A stretch of 63,346 bases of DNA, the filler included, from Octopus bimaculoides (lineage: Eukaryota): assembly GCF_001194135.2 (NCBI RefSeq). It is 8 parts of 7 records of this genome, joined end to end, with 100 filler letters (N's around TTAATTAATTAA, not from the genome) between each part and the next. Parts side by side here need not be neighbours in the genome. Positions count along the whole stretch, not along the records: positions 43,064 to 54,285 come from NC_068982.1; positions 54,386 to 57,649 come from NW_026320365.1; positions 57,750 to 63,346 come from NC_068999.1; 5 more parts are not named here. The stretch is one strand, 5' to 3'. The translations under genes and the position numbers were made by a program. This document shows positions 51,091 to 63,346 of this stretch, in pieces; position 1 is the stretch's first letter; every line of letters starts with the position of its first letter. The notes beneath the pieces are model-generated. The model saw only the letters and a list, made by a program, of their open reading frames with translations. It did not search any database and was not told where the DNA came from.

Positions 51091-51471
51091 TGGAGGCGCA
51101 ATGGCCCAGTGGTTAGGGCAGCAGACTTGCGGTCGTAGGATCGCGGTTTCGATTCCCAGACCGGGCGTTGTGAGTGTTTATTGAGCGAAAACACCTAAAG
51201 CTCCACGAGTTCCGGCAGGGGGTGGTGGCGAACCCTGTTGTACTCTTTCACCACATCTTTCTCTCACTCTTACTTCCTGTTTCTGTTGTGCCTGTAATTC
51301 AAAGGGCCAGCCTTGTCACACTGTGTCACGCTGAATATCCCCGAGAACTACGTCAAGGGTACACGTGTCTGTGGAGTGCTCAGCCACTTGCACGTTAATT
51401 TCACGAGCAGGCTGTTCTGTTGATCGGATCGACTGGAACCCTCGTCGTCGTAACCGACGGAGTGCCAACCA
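51091..51471 (+). mobile_element. SINE family C (tRNA-like head GGAGGCGCAATGGCCCAGTGGTTAGGGCAGC), full length with TSD
   Basis: A box TGGCCCAGTGG, B-box-like GTTTCGATTCC; 13-bp TSD ACACGTGYCTGTG (51078-51090 and 51472-51484). Confidence 0.88.
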
Positions 51472-52559
51472 ACACGTGCCTGTGTGATACTCAGCCACTT
51501 ACACGTTATTTCAAGAGCAGCTCAAACTAGTGAATCCTCGTCGTCGAGGACCGGAGGCCCCTCACCGCTACCATTATCAGCATGTTTATGTCGCATAGTT
51601 TCACCCAAGTAAATTTAGAATAAACTTCTGTAACGCGATTGGATGGTAGGGCTTTCAAGATCTAATGTGAAACCTTAACGTGGTCTTGATTTATCTGCTT
51701 AGAATTACACGGTCTATACTGTTGTAGTCACATAAATATACAATAAAACATAAGGTTTCTTACACTCGGTTCACTTCGCTTCAGAAATTTAGGGCTTAGA
51801 TTTTTGATATCATGTTTTCTCAAGGGTGGTCCCAACGGTATTAGTTTTCGCGTAGAATTATAAGAGATAATATAAATTGCAAGGAAAGCGGAAACGCTTT
51901 AGAAATGACGAAACCACTCTGCCATAAACGACAATATTATTTCCTCTTTTGGCGAATTAGGTCATGTTGAGGCACCGCCTTCAGTGCTTTCAGCAGAACT
52001 AAACGAACACAGTACTTATTTCGTGAGCCTACAACTTTTTCTATCGGGATTTTTGCTGAGCCGCTAAGTTACGGGGGCTTAAGCCAACGGACAGCGTTGT
52101 TAAGCGGTGGGATGGTACAAAGACGCACATACACACCCACACACGCATATTAGACGGACTTCCATGCAGTTTCTTCCTACCAATTCACTGACAAGGAATT
52201 GTTCGCCTTAAGGCTCACCAATGCCTTGTGTAGCTAGAGTAGAAGACACTTGCCCAAAGTGTTACGAGGTAGGACTGAACCTGAAACCACAAGGCTGCAA
52301 AGCAAGCTCCCTTAACCACACGGATATACTTCACTTCGTAAATTAGTACAATTGTGGTTTAGTTACCAAGGATAAGAGACAGCACTCTTAAATTCTACCC
52401 CTGCTGATAATTTTCTTGGCCGTCACTCGCAAATGAACATGACTTAGTGGCTTTTTAATGTTATGTGTAGAGATAGTTTTAATAATGATTGAATTGCACT
52501 GCTAACACAGGTAGGATTCAGTATTAACTTATAAACCTTTAATATATTTGGTATTCTTT

Positions 52560-52771
52560 TATTCTTTTACTTGTTTCAGTCACTTGACTGCAGCCATGCT
52601 GGAGCACCGCCTTTAGTCGAACAAATGGACCCTAGGACTTCTTCTTTGTAAGCCTAGTACTTATTCTATCAGTCTCTTTTGCCGAACCGCTAAGTTACGG
52701 GGACATAAACACACCAGCATCGGTTGTCAAGCGATGGTGAGGAGACAAACACAGACACAGACACAGACACA

Positions 52772-52803
<32 letters not shown>

Positions 52804-53268
52804 NNNNNNNNNNNNNNNNNNNNNNNNNNNNNNNNNNNNNNNNNNNNNNNNNNNNNNNNNNNNNNNNNNNNNNNNNNNNNNNNNNNNNNNNNNNNNNNNN
52901 NNNNNNNNNNNNNNNNNNNNNNNNNNNNNNNNNNNNNNNNNNNNNNNNNNNNNNNNNNNNNNNNNNNNNNNNNNNNNNNNNNNNNNNNNNNNNNNNNNNN
53001 NNNNNNNNNNNNNNNNNNNNNNNNNNNNNNNNNNNNNNNNNNNNNNNNNNNNNNNNNNNNNNNNNNNNNNNNNNNNNNNNNNNNNNATATATATATATAT
53101 ATATATATATATATACGACGGGTTTCTTTCAGTTTCCGTCTACCAAATCCACTCATAAGGCTTTGGTCGGCCCGAGTAGAAGACACGTGCCCAAGGTGCC
53201 ACGCAGTGGGACTGAACCCGGAACCATCGGGTTGGTAACCAAGCTACTTACCACACACCCACTCCTGC
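52560..53268 (-). mobile_element. SINE family B spanning a gap at its internal microsatellite
   Basis: Tail 52560-52803 and head 53087-53268 match the other copies. Confidence 0.85.
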
Positions 53269-54247
53269 CCCAATAATAGTATATTATAGTTGCATAATGA
53301 AATACTGTCAACAACTGATAAGACCTAGTAGCTTATATGCGCTTTTACATATTGCTTCAGATACTCACGTAATGTAAGGTAATAGACAAAGACACTTTCG
53401 TGGCATTTCTGCGGAGCATCAGTCGTGTGTGAGAGAGAAAGAGATGAACTAGAAATCTACTGTTTCTCATTTACAATTGAATAAACTAGAACAACATGAA
53501 ATGAAGCTCAAAGACACAATGCACCACATCGTCCAGAAATGGAAGCCAAGACCTGGCGTTCGTGAGCCCAATACATTTCACCACTAAGACACGCGCCTTC
53601 AGTTGATAAGAATTACCATAAAACATTTTTCTGTCTCTGACGTATTCGTTGGCAATAAAGTCGTTTCAGAAATTCAATTTGTATACTGGTTGCTAAGGGT
53701 GTTGAAAATATAATAATATAGTGATATAGCCGTAATGGGTAAAAAAGGATATCACTGAAAGCAGACGATAAATATTCCTGCTAACAGTATTAATATAAAC
53801 ATCATCAATATTCAAGATATTGGGTTCTTTTCAATGAGTTCCATAATATATTTCACTGAATTCCATATATTATGCTATACAATTTTTCTTTTTGCGAGGA
53901 GAATTATGGGTAGCTATGAACTTCCAAGTCTTTCTACAGATCATTTGTCACGTAAATGAAGTGATATAAGCGCCATAGATAATATATGTTTTTATTACGT
54001 TACTGGCGTAGCATAGAAGGCGTAGCATGGAGAAAATGTTAAGACGCCTGCTACGCAACCATGGCGTCCCGGGTTCGATTCCACTACATAGTACCTTGGG
54101 GGAAAAGTAATTTTCGATCGCTTCGGGTCGTGTTATACATTCTAAGTGAAATTAACCACCAACTGTGAAGGGTTTTAAGACATTGGACCACCCGCGCACT
54201 AATCCAGTGTTTATCTATTATACACTTATACAAGTGTTTTCACACAA

Positions 54248-54285
<38 letters not shown>

Positions 54286-54772
54286 NNNNNNNNNNNNNNN
54301 NNNNNNNNNNNNNNNNNNNNNNNNNNNNNTTAATTAATTAANNNNNNNNNNNNNNNNNNNNNNNNNNNNNNNNNNNNNNNNNNNNCAACGCCTGGTCTGG
54401 GAATCGAAACCGCGAGTCTGCTGCCCTAACCACTGAGCCATTGCACCTCCAGTTGTGATAATGATGCTTGCTAATGGTGGTGGTTATGCTGATGGTGGTG
54501 ATTATGATGGTGGTGGTGATGGCGCTAATGGTGGTGGCAGCGATGATGGTGACGTACGTGATTGCTGGAAATGAGCATTATAATCATTATCATCATCATC
54601 ATCATCATCATCATGCAAGCAAAGTTCCCCATTGTCCAGCAATGCGGAAATATTTCCTTGCTTGGAAACAGGTGGGGGTTGGTGACAGGAAGGGTATCCA
54701 TCCAGCTGTAGATAATCTGCCTCAGAAATTTCCAGGCATGGCTCAGTGGTAAGAAGCTTGCTTCCCAACCCC

Positions 54773-54996
54773 ATGCTGGCAGAAACGTTAACACGCCAGG
54801 CGAAATGCTTAGTGGTATTTCGTCTGTCGTTAAGTTCTGAGTTCAAATTCCGCCGAGGTTGACTTTGCCTTTCATCCTATCAGGGTCGATAAAATAAGTA
54901 CCAGTTACGCACTGGAGTCGATGTAATCGACTTAATTCCTTTGTCTGTCCTTGTTTGTCCCCTCTATGTTTAGCCCCTTGTGGGCAATAAAGAAAT
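54773..54996 (+). mobile_element. SINE family A
   Basis: Near-identical to the reverse complement of 22054-22287. Confidence 0.85.
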
Positions 54997-55665
54997 AGGA
55001 AACTGAAANNNNNNNNNNNNNNNNNNNNNNNNNNNNNNNNNNNNNNNNNNNNNNNNNNNNNNNNNNNNNNNNNNNNNNNNNNNNNNNNNNNNNNNNNNNN
55101 NNNNNNNNNNNNNNNNNNNNNNNNNNNNNNNNNNNNNNNNNNNNNNNNNNNNNNNNNNNNNNNNNNNNNNNNNNNNNNNNNNNNNNNNNNNNNNNNNNNN
55201 NNNNNNNNNNNNNNNNNNNNNNNNNNNNNNNNNNNNNNNNNNNNNNNNNNNNNNNNNNNNNNNNNNNNNNNNNNNNNNNNNNNNNNNNNNNNNNNNNNNN
55301 NNNNNNNNNNNNNNNNNNNNNNNNNNNNNNNNNNNNNNNNNNNNNNNNNNNNNNNNNNNNNNNNNNNNNNNNNNNNNNNNNNNNNNNNNNNNNNNNNNNN
55401 NNNNNNNNNNNNNNNNNNNNNNNNNNNNNNNNNNNNNNNNNNNNNNNNNNNNNNNNNNNNNNNNNNNNNNNNNNNNNNNNNNNNNNNNNNNNNNNNNNNN
55501 NNNNNNNNNNNNNNNNNNNNNNNNNNNNNNNNNNNNNNNNNNNNNNNNNNNNNNNNNNNNNNNNNNNNNNNNNNNNNNNNNNNNNNNNNNNNNNNNNNNN
55601 NNNNNNNNNNNNNNNNNNNNNNNNNNNNNNNNNNNNNNNNNNNNNNNNNNNNNNNNNNNNNNNNN

Positions 55666-55743
<78 letters not shown>

Positions 55744-56031
55744 GTATGTGTGTGTATATATATATATGTAGTCAGTCATTCAAGGCTATCTTATTATCAT
55801 TAGAGTTTCATAAATCCAAAGTTTCACTGGTTTAATCTCCATCACATTAGAAGACAATTTCTATATTGTGCCATGGATTATAATAGTTAAATTAATAACA
55901 TAAGAAAATGGAGAGATAAATATTTGCATTCAATTTATTTGCATTCAGTTTATTTGCCTCATGCAGCGCCTAAGGAGAGAAATAGGGAAGAGAGAAAGAC
56001 AGAGAGAAAGAAAGGGGGAGAAAATAGGAAT

Positions 56032-56173
56032 AGGATCTTTTCAGGGATTTTGTTTTAATGATGATGAAGGTTACATCTTGTAGGAATTCAAATTCATAAC
56101 TATGAATTTGAATTCCTACAAGTAAGATGGAACCACAGTTATCATTAAGACAAAAAGCCTGAAGAGATTCTAC
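56032..56173. repeat. Fold-back palindrome with a perfect 22-bp core
   Basis: CTTGTAGGAATTCAAATTCATA-AC-TATGAATTTGAATTCCTACAAG (56077-56122) inside diverged outer arms. Confidence 0.8.
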
Positions 56174-57239
56174 CCCTTACAACTTTAATTCTTAACATCG
56201 GATTTAACCTAAACGTTTTGAATAATGTATTACCAAGGGACTAGAATCGAAACATATGTAAGGTTTTTGAGTCTTCTATGGTGGTTCTTAAAAAAGAAAT
56301 TTATTTGCATTTATATCTTGAAAAGAAACTATGATGCAAATAAATTGAATACACATATTTATTTCTCCATTTTCTTATGTTATAAAATTTAACTGTAGAT
56401 ATATGCATANNNNNNNNNNNNNNNNNNNNNNNNNNNNNNNNNNNNNNNNNNNNNNNNNNNNNNNNNNNNNNNNNNNNNNNNNNNNNNNNNNNNNNNNNNN
56501 NNNNNNNNNNNNNNNNNNNNNNNNNNNNNNNNNNNNNNNNNNNNNNNNNNNNNNNNNNNNNNNNNNNNNNNNNNNNNNNNNNNNNNNNNNNNNNNNNNNN
56601 NNNNNNNNNNNNNNNNNNNNNNNNNNNNNNNNNNNNNNNNNNNNNNNNNNNNNNNNNNNNNNNNNNNNNNNNNNNNNNNNNNNNNNNNNNNNNNNNNNNN
56701 NNNNNNNNNNNNNNNNNNNNNNNNNNNNNNNNNNNNNNNNNNNNNNNNNNNNNNNNNNNNNNNNNNNNNNNNNNNNNNNNNNNNNNNNNNNNNNNNNNNN
56801 NNNNNNNNNNNNNNNNNNNNNNNNNNNNNNNNNNNNNNNNNNNNNNNNNNNNNNNNNNNNNNNNNNNNNNNNNNNNNNNNNNNNNNNNNNNNNNNNNNNN
56901 NNNNNNNNNNNNNNNNNNNNNNNNNNNNNNNNNNNNNNNNNNNNNNNNNNNNNNNNNNNNNNNNNNNNNNNNNNNNNNNNNNNNNNNNNNNNNNNNNNNN
57001 NNNNNNNNNNNNNNNNNNNNNNNNNNNNNNNNNNNNNNNNNNNNNNNNNNNNNNNNNNNNNNNNNNNNNNNNNNNNNNNNNNNNNNNNNNNNNNNNNNNN
57101 NNNNNNNNNNNNNNNNNNNNNNNNNNNNNNNNNNNNNNNNNNNNNNNNNNNNNNNNNNNNNNNNNNNNNNNNNNNNNNNNNNNNNNNNNNNNNNNNNNNN
57201 NNNNNNNNNNNNNNNNNNNNNNNNNNNNNNNNTATATAT

Positions 57240-57650
57240 GTATGTAAATATATATGGGAGAAATTACAAAAAAAAAAAAAGAACAACAGACAAGGACAGG
57301 TGGAGTAAACAACAAAAGGATGTATTAGTATAACGCCCGGGAATACAGAAAGTCTTTAACGTTTCGAGCTACGCTCTTCAACAGAAAGAATATGGAGAAT
57401 AAAGGAGGTTTACATAAGTGGAAAAGTTCAAAAGTTCAAAAGTTTTAGACGTGGTATATTGAGGCGATTTCAAATCAGAAAATAGGTCCAGTGTAATCCG
57501 TGGGTAGGAGAGGTGCAGCCGGAGTGTGTAGAGTTCAGAATAAAACAGTCCAGAATGAATAAATCCAGAATGAAAGAAGGTAGAATCCAGAAGTTCGCAT
57601 TTGATGAGTAGAGACAGGATTAGCTGGTGCGACCACGTGAGCGTGTATTN
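57240..57650 (-). mobile_element. Penelope-like 3' end with degenerate hammerhead (about 57350-57388)
   Basis: TTGAAGAGCGTAGCTCGAAACGTTAAAGA core variant; organisation parallels 48660-48850. Confidence 0.45.
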
Positions 57651-57959
57651 NNNNNNNNNNNNNNNNNNNNNNNNNNNNNNNNNNNNNNNNNNNTTAATTA
57701 ATTAANNNNNNNNNNNNNNNNNNNNNNNNNNNNNNNNNNNNNNNNNNNNTATATATACATACCTACATGGACACACTCACACAATCAGACTTATATAAAG
57801 ATGCTCATACATATTTATACGTACATATATATCTATATCTTTTTCTATATGTATGTATTTATCTATCTCCATCTCTTTCTCTCGCTCTCTCTATCTCTCT
57901 CTCTCTCTCACTCTCTCTGTCTCTATCTACATATATGTTAGCAAAACAAAGGGAAAAAT

Positions 57960-58088
57960 TATTCATATTATATACATTTGACGGATATTTTTCCTCATCT
58001 TCTTTGTTAACACACCCATCATCACGTGTCTTGAGGAAATTTCGAAACTGGGTTTTCCTTCCTAAGGTATTTTTCTATGTTGTTGTTG

Positions 58089-58124
<36 letters not shown>

Positions 58125-58195
58125 CCACTACCTGGAATCGAACTCGGAATCTTGGGGTTAGTAGACCGCGAACTTAACCACTACGCCATATGCCC
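57960..58195 (-). mobile_element. Third copy of the composite element: intact A/B-box head, hammerhead core deleted
   Basis: Minus strand: A box TGGCGTAGTGG (58178-58188), B box GTTCGATTCC (within 58134-58145), (AAT)n(AAC)n, then the tail with stem II and GAAA deleted. Confidence 0.75.
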
Positions 58196-58347
58196 TTGGT
58201 CATATGGCGTAGTGGTACTAGGCTTACAAAGAATAAGTACCGCGGGTCGATTTGCTCGACTAAAGGCGGTGCTCCAGCATGTCCGCAGTCAAATGACTGA
58301 AACAAGTAAAAGAGTAAAAGAATGTATACATACATACATACATACAT

Positions 58348-58384
<37 letters not shown>

Positions 58385-58392
<8 letters not shown>

Positions 58393-58515
58393 GAGGTGCA
58401 ATGGCCAAGTGGTTAGGGCAGCACACTCGCGGTCGTAGTATCGCGGTTTCGATTCCCAGACCGGTCGTTGTGAGTGTTTATTTAGCGAAAACACCGAAAG
58501 TTCCACGCGGCTCCA
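58385..58515 (+). mobile_element. SINE family C head fragment
   Basis: GGAGGTGCAATGGCCAAGTGGTTAGGGCAGC...CCCAGACCGG matches 51091-51200. Confidence 0.8.
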
Positions 58516-58554
58516 GCTACTTACCACATAGCCACTCCTACGCGTATTGTATAT

Positions 58555-58712
58555 ACATTACTACAAAAACCGCCCTACCAGGCAGCTTTTACGCTGGTGT
58601 ATAGGCTATAAGCACCTGACCTTGAATGAGAAGATCTGCAAACAGATCTCTTACTGGTTTTGGAGAATTCTTTGCAATTGCTTCCTCCAGAATCATATCG
58701 CAATGACTATCA
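58555..58712 (-). mobile_element. Short Helitron derivative
   Basis: MILEEAIAKNSPKPVRDLFADLL aligns with ATLEETSISKTPKSLRGHFAIIL of the 4794-5126 Helitron ORF. Followed by hairpin CTGCC-N6-GGCGG and GTAG (CTAG-like 3' end). Confidence 0.5.
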
Positions 58713-60578
58713 AATCTATCGCAAAATATCATGTAATCGGTGTTAATTTCTCGTGTTTAAGCGTTTTATACATATATATATACATACATACTTTCGTACA
58801 TACGTATATACATATATGAATACATACATACATACGTACATATATATATCCATATATCCATACTCATATACACATACACACAGTCTGGTCACTTTCAACA
58901 GTATAAATGTGCACGCTTGCCTACGTCATGTAAAAATATCGCCGTAAATAATCATAGTAATTAAACCTCGGAAATTCAAAATTTCCGGATCGTGAGTCTG
59001 GATTCGGACTGGAATGTTATCAATTTACTCACGTAGTCATCCTGATTCCAAAACGGTATATGTTGGGCTACGGCCTCTAGGTGTAAGTTGAAAAAATGTG
59101 ACACAATGACATTCACATTCATTATATTAGATATGTTTAATTTGGGGGAAATTGTATTGCAATTAAAGTATATTTCGTATATATGTGTGGGCATGTGTTT
59201 GTGTGTATGTATATATATGTATGTATATATACATACATATATATATATNNNNNNNNNNNNNNNNNNNNNNNNNNNNNNNNNNNNNNNNNNNNNNNNNNNN
59301 NNNNNNNNNNNNNNNNNNNNNNNNNNNNNNNTATTCATAGAAATCGTGTAGTCGAGGCAAGCTATGAAGATTTCTAAGATAACGGGATCACTTAAATATA
59401 TGAATGAGTCGGTGCAAGTGCTCAGACAAACACGACTGCATTCCACTGTACTGCAAGTATAAAATTACCATGTTTTCGTGGATGAGTGAAGTACAGAAAT
59501 TTCTATTATAATCGGCGTAGTTGCGCATGATATCTCATTATCTCAAATAGCATTGAGGTAATTGAAAATATTTGGTGTCATCTAATTGTTCAAGTTTTGC
59601 ACTACATACAATAAAATTTTAGTGACTGAAGAGCGAAAAAAATAACCTTTCATGTCAATCAGTGTCCAGCTCTGGTCATGATGATCAGAAGCAAAATGAA
59701 TCTAATAGGCAGACGATCAAATGATATCAAAAGATGGAACACACCTGCATCTACAACGCGATCACTCATTATGTCTGGTATTACTGCGTAACCGTTCATA
59801 ATTACGCCATATTTGTTAACCCTATGCTAGGTTCATCTTTTTTTTTTATACTTTTTATGTTTTTTTTTACAGGTAAAGTTTCGATCTGCTTGGTTTCAGT
59901 AGTATACTCTCCTCACCTGTTAATTGGAGCAAGTTTAATCGCCGTCTACATGCCCAATCTGACATTGTATGTTTGTATATGTACACATCTCAACCATTAT
60001 TCAAAGCGGCCATAATTAGATACGAAACAATTGTCGTAGAAGAAATAGTTCTAATTCTTATATTTTCGAAAAGAAACTAGGTTTCATCCATCTCGAATCT
60101 TGATGCTAAATAAGTAGCATGTTGCATATTAAATTTTAATGTATTAAAGAAGATTAGAGAGTGTCAAAACAGAGAGAAGATAAACTCTAAGATTTGATAC
60201 CACAACAAATATATATGTATCTGTACATATAATACAATAATACTAAGTGCGTGCATAATACCTTCATTAACTAACTTGATATATGATTCTTTGCACTAAG
60301 CTTTCATAGTTTCGAATATTAAAGTTAGTACCACAGGATATATAACATATAGTGAGAGAAAATTTTCAGGACAAATAAAATATAAATACATATAAAATAT
60401 AAATGTAAATAAAATATAAATACATATAAACAGATATGCATAAGCATATACAAAGCCCCTCATCTTAAATTTCTTCTACGATAGCATAATCTGACCTGAA
60501 CACCTTTCACTTAACATTCATACACTCCCATACGCATCTGAGTATAACATTTATAGAAAATTATATACAATGCTAATT

Positions 60579-60748
60579 GTTATCGCCAAGCCAACATGGC
60601 AGTCCAACAAATAGGACGAATGCTGTGTCCAATATAATGGACAAAGATTTGTGTGTTACATAACTAACTAGAGGCGATGGCCTCTTGGAGCTAATCAACA
60701 GCAGCATTCATTCTATTTTTTGGACTGCCATGTTGGCTTGGCGATAAC
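60579..60748. mobile_element. MITE-like fold-back element, 47-bp inverted arms
   Basis: Arms 60579-60625 and 60702-60748 with 3 mismatches; two internal hairpins. Confidence 0.75.
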
Positions 60749-63346
60749 TATAAATATCCAATATCGCTGCCGTAGTCTCCTTTAGAGAAACTTAGAAATA
60801 TTAATATTTCTATATAGAATACAATACACTCAAAAACATATATATATAAATAGTGTGTGTGTGAGTGTATGTGTATGTGTGTATAACGTATACATATATA
60901 TAAGCAAGTTTGCACTTACGTATGTTTACAACGCCTAATATATAAATTTATTCATACATTTCCTCTGAAATTAATGAAATTTCTCATTATAATAGACCGA
61001 AACAACCGCAGCTATTTTCTTGCTAGCAGATGACTTTGATAATCATAATGAGATATTCTAGCCACACTTTTAATAATATTGTTGGTTTTCTACATACCAT
61101 ATAGATTAAAAAGTACATTTCAAAATTAGCTAAAAATACGCTAATATATTCAAATAATTAATTAAATCGAGGCATGGAAGTCCAATAATTTTTTTTTTTT
61201 TTACCTCACACACCACTTTGCATTTCGTATTTTACGGTATCGTCTCCACAGTTTCATTGAAAGATTACGCCTCTGCCATACTACGCGACTCCATCGATTA
61301 GACACGTATAGTTGCAGTCCAGAGTCTGTTTCCAGTAAAAGAAGGAAAATACGAATCTTCACATTTCTCGCTTTTATTTGTTTTGCTTTATATGCATTTT
61401 TGTTTATATTTTAGCATATCTCTAATTTCGTGTTCGTTTACTCCTTATTTCTTTCTGCGTTTACTCCTTACAACTACTCCTTATTTATTTCGTTGTGTAT
61501 AGTGCTGCTTTATCTTTTTCTTTGCACAACTGCTTAAAAAAAAATACAGTGTACACATGGCAGTGAATTATTTATATACATGGCAATGATGTGATATCTT
61601 TCATCGCCTTCATATTCTTCTCGTAAATGGATTTTAAATCTTGGTAATTTTCCTATCATAACCGAATGCGTTTCAATATTTATATCTTACCACCGTAATT
61701 TCATGGAGAATTATATCTCTATCATTAATGAGTTGCATGGAGTTAAATTCTTTAAAGCTGGGAATATTTGGCACATGATATAAGGTTACATGATAAGATG
61801 AAATGAAATGAAACAGATGAATGAATAAAGATAATTAAGTCTTCATTTAGTCCTACAGTCTAGACCATTCAGCTTGAAATTTTCTGTAACCTGGTGAACG
61901 AGACTAGTTATTTTCGGCATAATCTCTAATCTATGTCTCTTCATTCAATCTGCGATACTAATACACTTTTACGTCAATAGCTAAAATTTATTGAAGTATA
62001 AGCTATTTGCATAGTTATTTATTATGAAACGTTATATCTATTTCAAAACGTAAGCAAAAACCAAACGATGCATCAAATCATAGACAAAATATTCACGCAA
62101 AGTAGTCTTAATTATCAGTGTGTATATACATCTAATATAATAAATGCGAAAACTAATTTCTGTGTGTCAGTGTGTCACACTTAGAAACCCCCCTCTCTTA
62201 CTATTCAATGACACTGCTACTGTTCCTTATGACGGGATGAGAATAATAGTAGGCATAGAGACAGATATATANNNNNNNNNNNNNNNNNNNNNNNNNNNNN
62301 NNNNNNNNNNNNNNNNNNNNNNNNNNNNNNNNNNNNNNNNNNNNNNNNNNNNNNNNNNNNNNNNNNNNNNNNNNNNNNNNNNNNNNNNNNNNNNNNNNNN
62401 NNNNNNNNNNNNNNNNNNNNNNNNNNNNNNNNNNNNATATATATATATATATATATACATATACGCATATATTTATATATATGCTTATATATACATAGAT
62501 ATGCATATTTGTATACAAACACGCACCCAAGCAAACACATATAATTACGAATATAGGTAAAAATTTATTTCCAGCTGGAAGTTTTCATGCTGAAATAAAA
62601 GTTTGATGCGAAGCTGATTGGCACGCATGTCACCATAAAATATATTACATTAGAATAAAGAAAGAGAAACGATAATCAAAATTCATCTTTTTTTATTAAG
62701 AAACATTTATTTCAAAGAAATCATCTACCGTTCCAGAGAAATTATAATAAAATGGTTCCTTCTATACAATAATCACTTTTCTGAAAGGGGGAGGGCACGG
62801 TCTTAAGGTGTGTTTCACAAACGTGTTCATTTGAGAAAATCCGTTATGTATTCATTCTAAATTTAGGTTGAAAATGTCCCACAATTTGTGCTCACTAAAA
62901 AGAAGGAAAACATGGAACTAAAAATGTTATGAATAATCTGATAGAAAACTGAGATTTAGATCTATACTGATTTATAATGTTTTTTTTTTTTTTTGCTTTT
63001 CAATATTTTTTTAAAATCTTATGTTCATGAATATTTTAGATGTCCGTCAAACACAATCTTTAAATTGTGTTTCCTACGCAATGTTTCAACCCCATTCTGT
63101 TTAATGGAATAGACGTACGTCCATTTGATTTGAAAGAGTTTGTATTTTTAAATTAAATTTCACAATCATTGTTTATTAATTCTTTGATTGTATTAAGTAG
63201 AATAAAATGAATAAAAAAAATATCACTTTTTAGTTCAATTTTATTTAATTTGGATTACAAAATACAGCAGCATTTACTGTTGAGATATTTGCTGAAAGTG
63301 TGTTTACAAACACACAGACACTCCCATACTAAATACACTCAAGTAT

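Overview
AT-rich, microsatellite-saturated eukaryotic scaffold segment with many N gaps. The SINE families and repeat landscape suggest a coleoid cephalopod, probably Octopus (inference from recognition, not a database hit). One host gene fragment is supported: three phase-compatible GT-AG exons on the minus strand (34355-34439, 33284-33380, 31571-31791). They encode the end of an NRF domain (GVCVPNTCSSKDL), the first TM helix and a cytosolic loop of a nose-resistant-to-fluoxetine-6 / acyltransferase-3-like protein. Two of the three exons are absent from the ORF track, and I could not find the other exons. The rest is mobile DNA: a decayed Helitron, an internally deleted Gypsy element with both LTRs, a Tc1/mariner deletion derivative, Penelope-like GIY-YIG and RT remnants, at least four SINE-like families, several fold-back MITEs and a Dong/R4 fragment. 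The most notable signal is a composite non-autonomous element present in three copies: tRNA-like Pol III head + (AAT)n + a tail carrying a minimal type I hammerhead ribozyme. One copy has an inverted 5' duplication and an 11-bp TSD, and its (AAT)n was later hit by Dong/R4. About eight hammerhead-like cores from several families occur in the window. All alignments and counts were done by eye.
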